Source: Perkinsus chesapeaki ATCC PRA-425
Taxonomy: Eukaryota; Protista; Perkinsozoa
DNA length: 44,962 bases
Assembly: GCA_013115145.1 (NCBI GenBank)
Contig: JAAPAO010000265.1
Location: 1 to 44,962, forward strand
Direction of reading: 5' to 3'
Of this stretch, positions 1 through 12,217 are shown piece after piece. The notes under the pieces are model-generated. The model did not search any database. It had not been told where the DNA came from and saw only the letters and a program-made list of their open reading frames with translations. Numbering within the stretch: the first letter of the stretch is position 1; the number at the start of each line of letters is the position of its first letter. Made by a program: the position numbers and the translations under genes.

Positions 1-368
1 AGTCCAAGTTTGGCGGCCCCTAGCGCCTCAAAGGCCGGGCCGCGACCATGGGGACTAGAAGAAGAAGAAGAAGGACCAGCCTTGCAAGGGGGAGGATCGC
101 ACTCATAGCAGCCATAGACCGTAGACCCACAGTCCTTCTTGAGCACTTCTTCATACCATTTCTTCCATATGAAAAATATCAATGGAGAGCCTGTATCGAC
201 CAAGGCTTCAAGGTCCTGGCCTTTCGATTGCATTTTGACTAGAGGGCGCAACCAGGTACCATCAGAGTCTTCTCTATCAAACACTATATCCAACCTCACC
301 AAATCATCACCCTTTACTGCTAGGGGGAATATGAGGAGTACTGCAAGGGGAATGAGAGACACTAGCAT
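1..368 (-). CDS. Secreted pepsin-like (A1) aspartyl protease paralog, N-terminal part; runs off the window edge and diverges from its paralog after about nt 72
   Basis: Manual translation from ATG at 368: MLVSLIPLAVLLIFPLAVKG (signal-like)...DLEALVDTGSPLIFFIWKKWYEEVLKKDCGSTVYGCYECDPPPC. Nt 95-290 align with 2290-2480 of the neighbouring protease. The frame stays open to nt 1. Confidence 0.8.
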   Translation of the reverse strand, partial: MLVSLIPLAVLLIFPLAVKGDDLVRLDIVFDREDSDGTWLRPLVKMQSKGQDLEALVDTGSPLIFFIWKKWYEEVLKKDCGSTVYGCYECDPPPCKAGPSSSSSSPHGRGPAFEALGAAKLG

Positions 369-1449
369 AGGTAGGTTAAATAGACGCTACGAGGTTGGTG
401 GAAGAAGACAACCTAACATCGAGGTACAGTAGACCAAGAACCTGCAGGCAACTAGCGAAACTAAACCCTCTCACTTACGACAAAGGCGAAAATTCATGTG
501 GATCTATTTAGCGACCGTATTTCTCCGTAGGCGAGCACATTGTCACGATCCGACTCGACTGTCCCGTCTATAACAGCACGTTATCAACTTGTATCATGCA
601 ACAAGTAGTGCATTCAGGCCACGTAACTCACGTGTAGTCTAACCGTCGGCCTGTAGCTGTACTAGTGTACATGCAACGGCCGCATAGCTGCAGTTGACAT
701 AAGCAGGAGGCATGCAGGGCCCTGCTACCGCGAGTTGGTGTCTCCCGAACAGGAGACAGCGACTTAATATGCGACATAGTGTCTGAAAGCCATTAGACCT
801 GATGGAGTTGCGCATGATCATCCTTAGGGAAGCCGCTCGTGATAGAGCACTGGATAGAGTTCGCCACCTCCTGGTCTCGCTTTTGCATAGAAGTGCAGCA
901 CTCTCTGCCCAGGCGAGATGTCCTTCTTCATTGTTTCGCTAGTTTGGTAACGCTGGAATGTTGAGTGGGCGTCGTTCGCTACAACACTTCCCCGCAAGTT
1001 TCGACATGGCATATGGGTCATATGATATGACCGCAAAGGTACACTTCCACAAACGTCGATCAGCCCATGTATTGTATCACCGCTTATCCTCGTGTTAACA
1101 CTGTTGCATATATAGCGTGATCCCTCAAATTTCCCAGATAGCTGCATCAAATTCGGCCGCTCTTAGCTAAGACATCACACATTAGGTTCTGGACGGGTTG
1201 CCATTGACAGCTATCATGCTGAACTCAAAAGACTGGAATGGTGGTACATCACATCACAGTGTAGTTTCATGGCATCATCGACAATGCATGGTGTTATGAA
1301 AATGAGGACACGTACTCTACAGATACTGTCTGTCAGATAGTATAGATCACCGAGGATTCGATGTGAACATATACTTATAATACACACGCAATCATATAAA
1401 ATCAGATCATTAGAAGCCCAGCCTGATAGTGAGAAGGTAATGGAAATTA

Positions 1450-2565
1450 TTACGCTCGAGCTCGAGCAAAACCTATTCGAGATTCTGGTGCCTCATAAAA
1501 ATAATAATATCCGATGAAAGCATTAGATCCCAAGATCCATTGCTCGACCTCGTGGAAAAATATATCCACGTAGCAACGGTTCCAATCGTCTTTGGTAACG
1601 ATATTGAGGCCAGGTAACTCCAGTGGTACTTCCTCGCCCTGGAGGCCTCTCAAATGAAATGTTATCGATGGCAAATACTTAGCTTTGGCGCATGATAATC
1701 TGTAGTGACCTGATTCCTCCTCAATAGCGACTCTCTTCTTACCAGAATCTCGCAGGAGCTTCAGGAATGTTCTTTTCTGGCTCAAGGGAACGCAGAGATG
1801 GGTAGTGCCTGAGTCGAGTGTAGCCCAGGCTTTCAGTCTCATCAGACCCTTCTGTTTTTTTCCAATCCATACACCCAGTAGCTGGACGAATTGCTCTTCA
1901 TCGTCAACAATTCTAACATACCCCAGCAGACCATCATATTTCGTTGGGTCCTGGCCGCCTAGTATGACTTCGCCAGTTGGATACTTGCCCGGTTTAGTAT
2001 ATATTGAGAATGAATTGCTTTCGATAAGGCGTTGTGGACGGGGTTGAGCAAGTAACTGTTCCATGATGGACTCGTATTCGGGAGCGTCTTCAACGGATCC
2101 TTCAAGGCCGAGTGAAGCCCATGCGTTGCCGACTCTATCTCCTTGCGTTACGTTGGATATCAAACCCACGTTGATACCTGTTGCAGTCTTAACGCCGGAA
2201 CTGACCGAGACAGTATGTAGAAATGTCGTCACTCTCATTCGATCGAGAAATTCGAAAGTTGTAGTTGGACCAGATTCACAAGGGGGAGGATCACACTCGT
2301 AGCAGCCATAGACCGTAGACCCGCAGTCCTTCTGTAACACGTCTTCATACCATTTCTTCCATATGAAAAAAGTGAATGGAGAATTCGTGTCGACCAAGGC
2401 GTTAAGGTTCTGGCGATCGACTTTTAGCTTAACCAGGGGACGTAACCAAATATCACCGGAATCATCCCTGCCAAAGAACATGTCCATTCTGACGGTACCA
2501 CCGACCGTCGTCCATATACTGCATATGATGGGTATCATTAGATGGATCGGGGGGCTTATCGTCAT
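1450..2565 (-). CDS. Secreted pepsin-like (A1) aspartyl protease, intronless; first catalytic motif is DTN instead of DTG
   Basis: ORF 1450..2619 with likely start MTISPPIHLMIPIICSIW (hydrophobic leader). Motifs ALVDTNS, GEVILGGQDPTKYDG, ATLDSGTT and WILGSNAFIGYYYFYEAPESRIGFA are typical of A1 proteases. Confidence 0.9.
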   Translation of the reverse strand: MTISPPIHLMIPIICSIWTTVGGTVRMDMFFGRDDSGDIWLRPLVKLKVDRQNLNALVDTNSPFTFFIWKKWYEDVLQKDCGSTVYGCYECDPPPCESGPTTTFEFLDRMRVTTFLHTVSVSSGVKTATGINVGLISNVTQGDRVGNAWASLGLEGSVEDAPEYESIMEQLLAQPRPQRLIESNSFSIYTKPGKYPTGEVILGGQDPTKYDGLLGYVRIVDDEEQFVQLLGVWIGKKQKGLMRLKAWATLDSGTTHLCVPLSQKRTFLKLLRDSGKKRVAIEEESGHYRLSCAKAKYLPSITFHLRGLQGEEVPLELPGLNIVTKDDWNRCYVDIFFHEVEQWILGSNAFIGYYYFYEAPESRIGFARARA

Positions 2566-3627
2566 GGTGTAAGCACGTAAACTAACTTGAAATCTACTAT
2601 ATGCAACTGAGCCATTCACTCATTTAGGGCAATCTAGGACCGGAAGTTGGCTCTTCCTGCACAGACAAGTCACTACCGATGGGCCTGTGATGGTCTACCA
2701 TACCACTAACCCACCGATGCCTTCTCAAGTTATACTAGCAATACAAAGTGTGAAAGCTTAACTAGCTGCTCTACCCATTCGTGCTCTTTTTTCGTTACGC
2801 TGGGACAACAGACTGTTGTCAACAGTGGATTGTAAACGGAAGCACACTCTTGCTACACGGAATCTGCAGTTAATCCCATTCCTGTACCTCGTGTACCTTA
2901 AAAGGCTGAATTCAGCAGTATCTAATCGTAATACAATTGATATTGCCCTTTAGCATCGGTATTCTCCTAAGCAACGAGTGGACATTCAAGGCACTTGTTA
3001 TGAATTATCAGCCCAACTTGGACTCGAGGGACCTTGGTAATCGACCTTGGTAAGCGCGGTTTCGGAAACCGAGACGGGAGTGAATCACTTAGAGGGATCG
3101 AGACAGGAAAAGATGTGCAAGGTGCGAGGATCCTGGAGGCGTGAGACCTTAGTTTAAAATCTATTTGATAAGTCTTTTCCGTCTAATATAGATTAGCTGG
3201 CCCTTCCGGCGGTCATGTGTGGAGAATGTGGTGTAGAGAGTAACAGGCTCCTAATGATCGTTATCCCGGCGGTGTTGAGTCATGTCTTTGTGTGAACTCC
3301 ACTTATGTCGGAACGTTGACACGCTCGCTACTCTCAGGTGGGCCGTTTTAGCGAAGCCTCGAGGTGGTTTACTTCTATGAACCCGATTCAGTCCTCTGTC
3401 TCATGCGTGCGGTGTCACGCTGTCCTCAGTTGACTTTATCAGCTTTTCAAGTTAAAACTCGACGGTTTCGATACACCAGCGTATTGGCCTGGAACTGTTG
3501 AGCTGAGGAAGTGCTAGGGTATATGAGCTGCTCCATGTCGTGCTGGAGACCAACAGGCCTAGTTACACGAAACCAAGCCCTGATCACGCTAACCAAGCAG
3601 TAGCGTTCTGTCACAGCGAGTTGAATA

Positions 3628-3699
3628 TGCATGTGCCGGGAGTCGAACGTGAGTGTTTCGCAGAGCAGCCACGTGCTCTACCGACTGAGCTAGTTATTC
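3628..3699 (-). pseudogene. Full-length (72 nt) tRNA-like pseudogene, chimeric-looking
   Basis: Minus strand reads GAATAAC TA GCTC AGTCGGTA GAGC A CGTGGCTGCTCTGCG AAACACT CACG TTCGACT CCCGG CACATGC A. The D-arm (A-box) is perfect and a T-loop (B-box) sits at tRNA spacing, but the acceptor stem does not pair. Confidence 0.75.
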
Positions 3700-4092
3700 G
3701 AGAGCGCAGTGACCAAAGGCTCATATCCCGCTCTGAAATCCTGAACCTTCTAGTAACATTCATCGCTCGCGCTGGGGCTCTGTGCTGTTCTATCTGTCGT
3801 ACACTTGTATGTCATCAACTCCCTGTCGGTAGTCTCACACAACTAGCAAGCTGCTCTGAGCTAAATCCTTCGAGGATGTTTCATAGCTTTTATATAATGA
3901 AATCTTAAAATTGTTGAAATTTGGGCTCCAAACATTCCCACACTGTATTCCTAAGGAATCTGCAGAAGCCACCTCAGGATATCTGAAGTCATTAGAGTGC
4001 CAACGGGGAAATAGGTCCATCTTTCAAGGCTATTGTAGGTAAGGCATCTGCATACAATCAGGCTTATTGTTGGTCCTGTTCATCCTCCTATT

Positions 4093-7000
4093 ATGTCCGA
4101 TTTCGATGCAGCTTCCTACGGAGGTGATGACGATGATCTCTACGAAGATGACTTTGAAGCTACTGAAGGGAATGAGGTAGCTGGTGAATCCGGTGAAGAG
4201 AGAGAATTAGCGGTGGATGAAGAGAGACGTGGTCGAACTTCATGGGGTTTTACATTGACGGACGATACAAGTGCGTCTGAAGCCCTGAGGAATTGGGTGT
4301 CATATCTTCCTGCTGCTAAGATAGATTTAGTATCGGATATTGGTGATAGCAGAGGCATCTATGTGGTACATATGGAAAGCTTGCTCATAAACGTATTGCA
4401 AAGTGAAATGCCTAACTTCGAGACTCAGCCTATCTTTGCGAAGGCCCTGTTCTCAGTAGAGCGATGTCTGTCTATCCTTGCTGAGCTTAGAGGGACTGCT
4501 GGTATGAGATTAGTGTTCTTCGACTGTGTTGAAGTTCTGTACAGAACTAAATCCAGTGTATTCTGGACTCTTCGTGAGGCTCTACGTCTACATCTTCTGG
4601 CCACTAAGGGGAGTCTTGTGAGGGTATTCAAGGACTGGGTTAATGACCCAGACTGGGCAGCCTTTGTCGAGGAGCAAGGTGTTGCTTTTATGGTATGTGC
4701 TGATAATGATGTCCAATTCAATCCACCTGAGGATGATGATGGTAACTCGGTAATGCCGAAAGATATGGTACAAGTAGCATCAGGGTTGCTACAATGTCTT
4801 ATGCTGGATGTTGTTACTAACCATCAAATACGTGTAGCTATTATAAGTACTATGGAAAGGAGGGTTCATAGGCTTATGTCTGTTACAGTGGGCCCTGAGC
4901 GAGGCCATTCAGGGGTCCTGGCTCGGGTATCCCCAGTAGTTGAGGGGTTACTTGGCACATTAAATGACGAGGATGATGATGAAGAGGAAGAGGAGGAGGA
5001 TCCTCAGGCGTTCGTAGAGCAAATAGAGGGTGCAGTTAAGGATTATGTTGAGCAGTTCAAGCCAGATGGTGGTGTTCGTGGATTTATTACTCGCATTGGT
5101 CTGGAGCAAACCCTACAGGAATGCCTTAGTCTGGTGGAGGACAGTGGAGAGGAGGCTGGGCCTGTGGAACTTTGCCTTATATTTGGTAAAGTTATGGCGG
5201 CCTGTGAGGTACTTTTACAGCAGATGCCTCTTCATGCTCGATCACATTGTACCTTCACCGATGAGACATTCCCATTGGTAGCAACTGGTGATATTGCCAG
5301 TGCACTGGATGACTTCTTTGTCAACTGTCGATTGATTCTGACACCTCTAGCTAACTATATGAAGACGAACCCAGACTATATGGCTGGTATGGGGCTTAAG
5401 AATGACATATCTGATATGTTCGATTCGAGGCTTTTCCGTACTGTGTTCTATCTGGTCTTGGCCAACCCCAGTGACGATGGTGTCACATACGACCTTGGGA
5501 GGATCTTTGGTTTCCAAGGAAGCTCCCTGGCTACTTATCAGAAGTATTGGGCTTCTATAGTTGCTGACATAGAGTTCCCAGAGAACCTGGCTCATGCAGA
5601 AGATTCCCTAAAGGCTACTCTATCTGTTGAAATTGGAGTACCTTCTAAAGGTAAGGGCATTTCGAAGCATCTAAAGGATATTACCGCGTTCCTTTCAGAT
5701 GAGCTGCCAGCTCCGCCCGCAGATGCACCAGCACCTGTCCTTATACAGACAACAGTACCACTGGTTGATATGATAGTTAAGACAGCTAAGGACCCTAAAG
5801 GTAAGCTTTTGTTAGTTACAAGTTTGTACAAGTGCGTTAGTCGGACAAGCATTGACCAAGTTGGAGAGGGATGAGACGCAGGTTATTGGTGAAGAGCTGG
5901 AGGATGTAATAATGAGGCGACTCCTCGCATTTCAAACGCCATTCTTCAGTATCCTCAAGCGCAACCATTCGATTCGATAGATGCTCTATTGAAGAAGCAT
6001 GAAAAGGGAAAGTAATAAGGGAAGGTGTCCTTGGATTACATCGACGCGATTGTGTAAGGTATACAATGGATAGCAAATGGCTGGAGAAGCTCCCTCCACA
6101 TAAGAGGGAAGCAGCCAGGAAGAAGTTTGAGCTTAGAATGAAACAGCGTGGAATGTACTCGACACATATGTATTCCAAGTCCCTTGTTGGTAAGGCACTA
6201 GATGAGGGGGCTATATGGTATGGGGTTGATAGGTGCGGATAAGCTTCATCATCCTATAGTGATGACCGAGGAGGAGCAGAATGCTATGAGAGCCGCCAGT
6301 GATAAGAGCGCACAGAAGCTTAGCGCTAAAGCACAGCAGATTAAGGAGAAGAACGAGAGGCAGGCTGTAATAATGGGGGACGGCTGGCTAGTCTGGTGGG
6401 ATCATGTGGCTTAGCTGGACAAGCAAAACAACCGAGATAAGGAGCAAATGGAGCCGCTGCTGGTTAAGGCAGAGAGACTCGGAGATATGGGGGATAGGCC
6501 GCCTCATGAGATCGAAGGTTTTCTGTTAGATCTCGTTGCTGGGTAATAGCGTAGCTGTTGCTTTAGTGGGTTTATTTCCCGAGTCAGGTTTGGTAGAATA
6601 CTTGACAGTTTTGATGGTTTTAACGGCATCTCTCAATCTGTGAAGCTGCGTGAGAACCAAATCGTTGTTTTATTTGCTGTTATTGACAATCTTCGATCTG
6701 CCCTTAAGACTGTTGGCCGGACCTTGGAGATAGATAACTCTGATACGTAGGGCATGTAGACCTATCACTCTAGTCTAATCTTGTCTATTAGTTATGTGTT
6801 GGAGACGAGGCATTTGGTGGCTAGAAGCATGAAGTTGGTCTGTGATGTTGTTAAGTCCTTCGGTAAGGTGATGGCGGTGTTGGGATACTTGTGCCTGCCC
6901 ATCTATAATTGCGAGTTGAAATGTATCTCGTCGGAGTAAAATACTTCTGCACCAGTAACACCTCCACGTATGGGGAGGGGATTTACGGCGAGGTTGAGCG

Positions 7001-10000
7001 AGTCTCCGATTAGAGAGAAGGGAGTTTTTCAAAATTGGCAAAATCAAGGTTGATTTTGATGATGCTTAAGAAAGAGCTTGTCGGTTGTTGAAGAATTCTC
7101 AGAGCCCATGTGTATTGAAAGACCCGTACTGTACGGTATATGCTTTATTGGTTAGGCGGTGATCTTACACCGACTCATATAAAGAAGATCCAACAGCTAC
7201 TTCAGACCATTGGAGCCAAGAGGGTTAATAAGAACGTTTTCATATACTGGAAGCAGCAGAGGGTAATATGGTAGCTTTGAGAGGAGTTTGCAGAGAGAGC
7301 GGTATCAGATACCAGTATTGGAGAAGGAGATATCCGAGCTGGAGCAGGAGGCAGCTGCGTCTGCTAAGGCGGATAAGAAGAGTAAAAAGAAGGGAAAGGA
7401 GAGTCCAGAGGGAAAGGATAAAAAGAGCAAGAGCAAGAAGGTAGAGGGTTATGCTAGGAAGGGGGCGGGTGATGGTTGAGTTAGGGGAAGAAGGTCCCAG
7501 AGACGGCAGAGGAAAAGCTAGAGGCGGCTAAGGAGGAGTTGGAGGATATTGATGAATGCTACAGTGAAGTCAGGAGCAAGAAGGTTGCTGTCGATGTTAT
7601 TGGAAAGGACGAGTACCTCTTTATGCTATATCATATGGGACAGGTAACACAATGTGATGATGTGGTGGTGGTGCTGATGGTGTTATTGTAGGACTTGGAT
7701 AGACCAGTCGGTAAGAAGCCAGATGACCGTGTGCTGTTCAAGCCTGATGAATGGCAGAGGCAATTGTTGGATATAGTCGATAAGAAGGAATCTGCCTTGG
7801 TCAGTTGCGCATGCGTGCATCTTATTGAGAATACAGTCTTTTAGGTTTGTGCCCCTACTAGTAGTGGTAAGACCTTTATCTGTTATTATGCAATGGAGAA
7901 GGTCCTTAGACAGAGCCATGATGGAGTTGCGGTGTACGTGGCCCCCACCAAGGCTTTGTTAAATCAGGTATGACCTGCATATATGCCACCTGGAGCATCT
8001 GTCATCTTCCTGTTAGGTCTCTGCGGAAATCTATTCTCGTTTCTCCTCAAAGACGTACCCTAGCACAGTGCGTGTCGAATTGGCTGGTACATTCGCCAAG
8101 GAGTTCTCACAATACCCTATGACATGTCAAGTAAGATGCCGCCCCTGGGATTCGAACCTGCGACCTTCTTCTCCACTTAGGTCCTTGTAACCATCCCGGA
8201 AGTGTTTGAGCAGATTATGTTAGCACCCTCCCAGGCGGAATGGGTTAAGAAGCTCCGCTATGTTATCTTTGATGAGGTTGGTTCTGTCGCCATATAGCTG
8301 TCTGGCCTTACTACTGGCCTTAGGTGCATTGTATTGGTGAAGCGGAGAACTCGGCAGCATGGGAGCATCTGATGCAGCTAACTCAATGCCCGTAAGTGGA
8401 CGCCGTTGCAGCTGTTGAAGAGGAGGAGGGTGTTGGTGTAGGTTCCTCGCCTTGTCGGCTACTGTGGGCAACCCTAAGGGGTTCTGCAAATGGTTGAATA
8501 ACGTGGCGGCATCCAACCACGGTCAGAAGGTTAATCTTGTTGAGTATAAGGAAAGATATAATGATCTTAAGAAGGTAAGGAAGATTCCTTACAGTGGCGC
8601 CATCATGCTTAACTTCAGTGGGTGTATATTTCCGGCTCGGGTCTGTTCGAGCTCCATCCTATCGCTTGTCTGACGTATCTTGATGTTAATGATGGCACTT
8701 TGCCATCTGATCTGGTCATGACGCCTGAGGAGGCAGCCGAGTGCTATGTGGCGTTGAAGGCAGTTATGTTTGATAAGAACAAGGATAGGTCGGAGAAGGA
8801 TAAGGTAATTGGAAAGCCATCAGTTGGTCGGAAGGATTCTTATTATTAGGAGCTGATCAACACCCTTATGGACCCTCTAGAGCCGAAGACCTTCTTCAAG
8901 TTCGTCAGGGGATGCATCAACAAGAGACAGTTCAGGTCGGTTATCCTCTCCTCACTGCTATGGTGAAGTTGTTATTGCAGATGGTATGAGAATGAACTGA
9001 GGGCGGCCCTGTCCACACTGCTGAAGGAAGGCGTCTGTGATGTTGATGACTTCAATGAGCTTGTGTCGATATTGCGTAACCCAAGTGCTAGAGGCAACCC
9101 GATAGAGGAGAATAAAAAGTGGAAGAAGGTCTCTGGTAGGCTATGCTGGGGTGGTGGGAGTTGTTGATCTGATGGGGCTTTGTTGTTAGGCGAGGAGGAG
9201 GTCCTCTCGACTGAGGCATCATCAGATGAAGAGGGAGAAGAAGAGGAGACAGCCTCTACTGCGAGCAAACCTAAGGTGGAGCATTTAGCGCCACAGTAAT
9301 GCCGGTCGTGGGAATCGAACCTGGGTCGTCTGCATGAGGAATTGTTCAGCCTATCCGAGTTGGGCCGTGATGCTACCTATCTCCGACCAGCCCGTACAGT
9401 CCAATTGATCCGAGAGCTTCAACAGCTCAACCTTCTACCAGCACTTATCTTCAATTTCGATCGTCATGACATCATGGTGAGTTGAGGAGTTCTGATGCAA
9501 TTAATGAGTTGGTGTTTGCCAGACCATGGTGAGGCGATGCACACAGTACCTGGCTAAGCAACAGTATGCTAAGTACCATGGTAGTGAGGAGAGGGATCAT
9601 AGAACTAAAATGGAGAATAAAAGGCGGATGGAGGTATATAAGAAGAAGCTGGAACAAGTTAAAGTGATGGAAAGAATGGTATGAAAATATAGGGGTATTG
9701 TGGGGAGGAGGGAGACAGTTGATTGTGTGCAGAAAGCCAATGATGAGGACTTTGACCAGACGGTCTTGGATGAGTTGGTCCCGAAGCCTATACCAGTTGA
9801 GGAGGAGTAATAGCGGTGACGCCTTAGCTGTTATGACGTTGATGGTAGATATGACCCAGAGTTCTACTTCTGTGGAGTTAAGGCTATGAGCGATCCTGAT
9901 GTGGAGGAGCTTATTAAGAAGTTGGAAAGAAAGTAATGAAGTGGGGGAGGTTGTAGAATAACAATGTTGTTGAAAATGTGCGTAATCGTCAAGACTGCTA

Positions 10001-12217
10001 TTATGGTGGATCCGGCGGGTGCGCGTCCGAATGCAGTATTGAAGAGGGTGTGCCTTTCATTTCGCTACTTCGCCTACCTCAGGACTACTATACCAAAGAT
10101 ATACATTGATGCATTGAGGAGGGGTATAGGTATGCATCATGAGGGGTTACCATCAAGCTTTAGGAAGACAGTAGGGGGCATCCAATCAACCTCTGGAGAA
10201 TCTTACCGTTATTGTTAGGTAGAGATCTTGTTCCGTAAGGGATTCCTTCAAGTCGTTGTTGCCACTGGTACTTATACAATTATGCGTTCCCACCGCATTT
10301 CCGTTCACCTTAGGTACCTTGGCTTTGGGTATTAACATGCCGTGTAAGGCAACAGTGTTTGCTGGCTCATCAGTGGAGCTCAATGCCTTGATGTATAGGC
10401 AGATGGCTGGACGTGCTGGTCGAAGAGGTTTTGATTTGGTAAGCCCGGGGAGGAGTTCTGTGGGGTATAGTGGCCTTTTTTCAGTTGGGTAATGTTATCT
10501 TCTATGACTTACCATTCAGTGATATTAGACAGCTGCAGGGTAGTCACGTGCCCTATCTAAGAGGAGATTTCTCACTTACACCAACACTGGTAAGGAGGGG
10601 AGTGAGGATCAGGTGATGGCTGGTATTGGTGCTGTTAGGTGTTGAGGGCTATTCAGTTAAGGCAGCGTCTGAAGGCAGAAGGTAGGTTGACGGTTGAAGC
10701 TGATAGATCTATTATGACAATGATAACGAAGGCCTTGTATAGCAGCGAGATGAATCTCACTAATGAGGTAAGTTCTAGTATGATTTGAGGGAAATATGGT
10801 ATGAATTTTTAGACTGTGGTCCTATTCCGTTATACGGTGGACTTCCTTTTGAGAGAAAAGCTTATCCGTCCCAATGGCGATCTCATTGGCCTAGCTCCAG
10901 TGGTGACAGCTCTGTTCGAGAGGGAGCCTGATAACCTGGTAGGATAGCAGCTGCTGCTTTGAATAGTGTTTAGTGTATGTTATTAGGTACTTCATCGCTT
11001 GCTAACCATGCCTGGTTTGGAGGATATTATTAAGAGATGGAAGAAGGAGGAAAGGAAGGCTGATGAGACTACACATGCTACGTAATTGATTCACACTACT
11101 ACAACAACCAATGTCCTTTCCTGACGATGTTTCTGTGGAGATGGGAATCCTTCGTAGACTTGTTGGTTTGTCTTATTCTGTATCATTGCTAAGGGGCGGC
11201 GGACAAGCTACGTTATGTGCCGTTTGAGTGTCGATGTCTATCATTGGAAAGACTAAGTGTTATTGCTTCATTATTAGGTATAAGCTATTACAAGTCCTTT
11301 CTTGGTTCATATTACCATGGCCTCAGCTAAGGCACAGCAAGGATAGGGTAAGCCACCAGCAGCAGCAGCAGCAAGGGAGTAGTATGGTAGCTCTATAATG
11401 GTTAAATAGGTTATCGAGAAGAGGCAGAGGCATCAGCCTACGGCGAGTTGTCCAGTTCTATACGAGAAGGATTTGGAGCCAGAGTTCAGGGATCTGGTCC
11501 CGAAATATAACACTGCTGTTAAGGACGAGCTCCTTCGGATGGTAGGCTGCTGCTGGCTTTAGCCGTCTGCTGTAATGGTTTTGGTAGGCTGTTTTGAACT
11601 TCAAAATGAAGGGTAAGGTTTCTAATGATGAAGCATCATTTGAACTACCCTTCACTCATACTGAATACAGAAGGTCATTCGGTGAGGACATATGGGCGGA
11701 TGATTCGGAGGTTATGAGCGCATTTATGAACCACAGAGTCAAGTGCACAGTACGGAGTCCCTTCAGGTGGGTCAAGCAGCTATCCTTCCTCATTACCAAG
11801 ATGTATTGTTGTCCTCAGCGCTCTAGGTGGATCTGGAGATGAGTTCGAATCTGCCCAAGAGCTTATTCGTAACTGCCGTCCAGGATTCTCCATGGACCTC
11901 GGCAAGGTGCCATGCTCTCCATTCGGCGATGGTCTCTTATCGAGCTACATAACTGACTTCTTTGTACACGGCCGGTTGGAGTTCCTCCAGAAGGATAATC
12001 TTTTGGGGGCATCGGAGAGCTGGAAGATCGTCCATGAGTGGGTTGAGACACTAGAGGTAGTAGGCGCTGACGCTGGACCAGAATGGTGTGCCTGTGTTAG
12101 TGGTTAACAACAGTGTTGGAAGCTATGAAGCAGTTTGATGCACCAACGCTTAAGGAGGTTGTTAAGGACCTTTATACGACATTGGATAGGAAGCTTTATG
12201 AGGAGGGTAGCAAGTAG
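4093..12217 (+). CDS. DDX60: DDX60-like Ski2-family DExD/H RNA helicase (multi-exon; first exon about 1.7 kb)
   Basis: Spliced motifs: [106 protein letters not shown]-terminal [10 protein letters not shown]...LVFFD resembles the DDX60 N-terminus. Terminal exon ends ...KLYEEGSK* (TAG 12215-12217). Confidence 0.85.
8137..8168 (-). other. tRNA 3'-half-like fragment inside a 50-nt intron (8131-8180) of the DDX60-like gene
   Basis: Minus strand AAGGTCGCAGGTTCGAATCCCAGGGGCGGCA. Flanking exons join as MTCQ|VLVTIPE. Confidence 0.75.
9300..9335 (-). other. tRNA 3'-half-like fragment inside an intron (most likely 9296-9349) of the DDX60-like gene
   Basis: Minus strand ATGCAGACGACCCAGGTTCGATTCCCACGACCGGCA. 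It must be spliced out because TAA at 9297-9299 is in frame with the upstream exon; an alternative intron 9275-9338 also contains it. Confidence 0.75.

Noticed and set aside
432-1449. ORFs 639..821 and 824..1150, and similar short ORFs at 3447-4020, 34145-35755 and 36798-37082
   Set aside because: No motifs, no paralogs, often non-ATG starts. Treated as intergenic noise.
3030-3075. GACCTTGGTAA tandem pair and CGGTTT/AAACCG hairpin
   Set aside because: Too short, and no associated element ends or copies elsewhere in the window.
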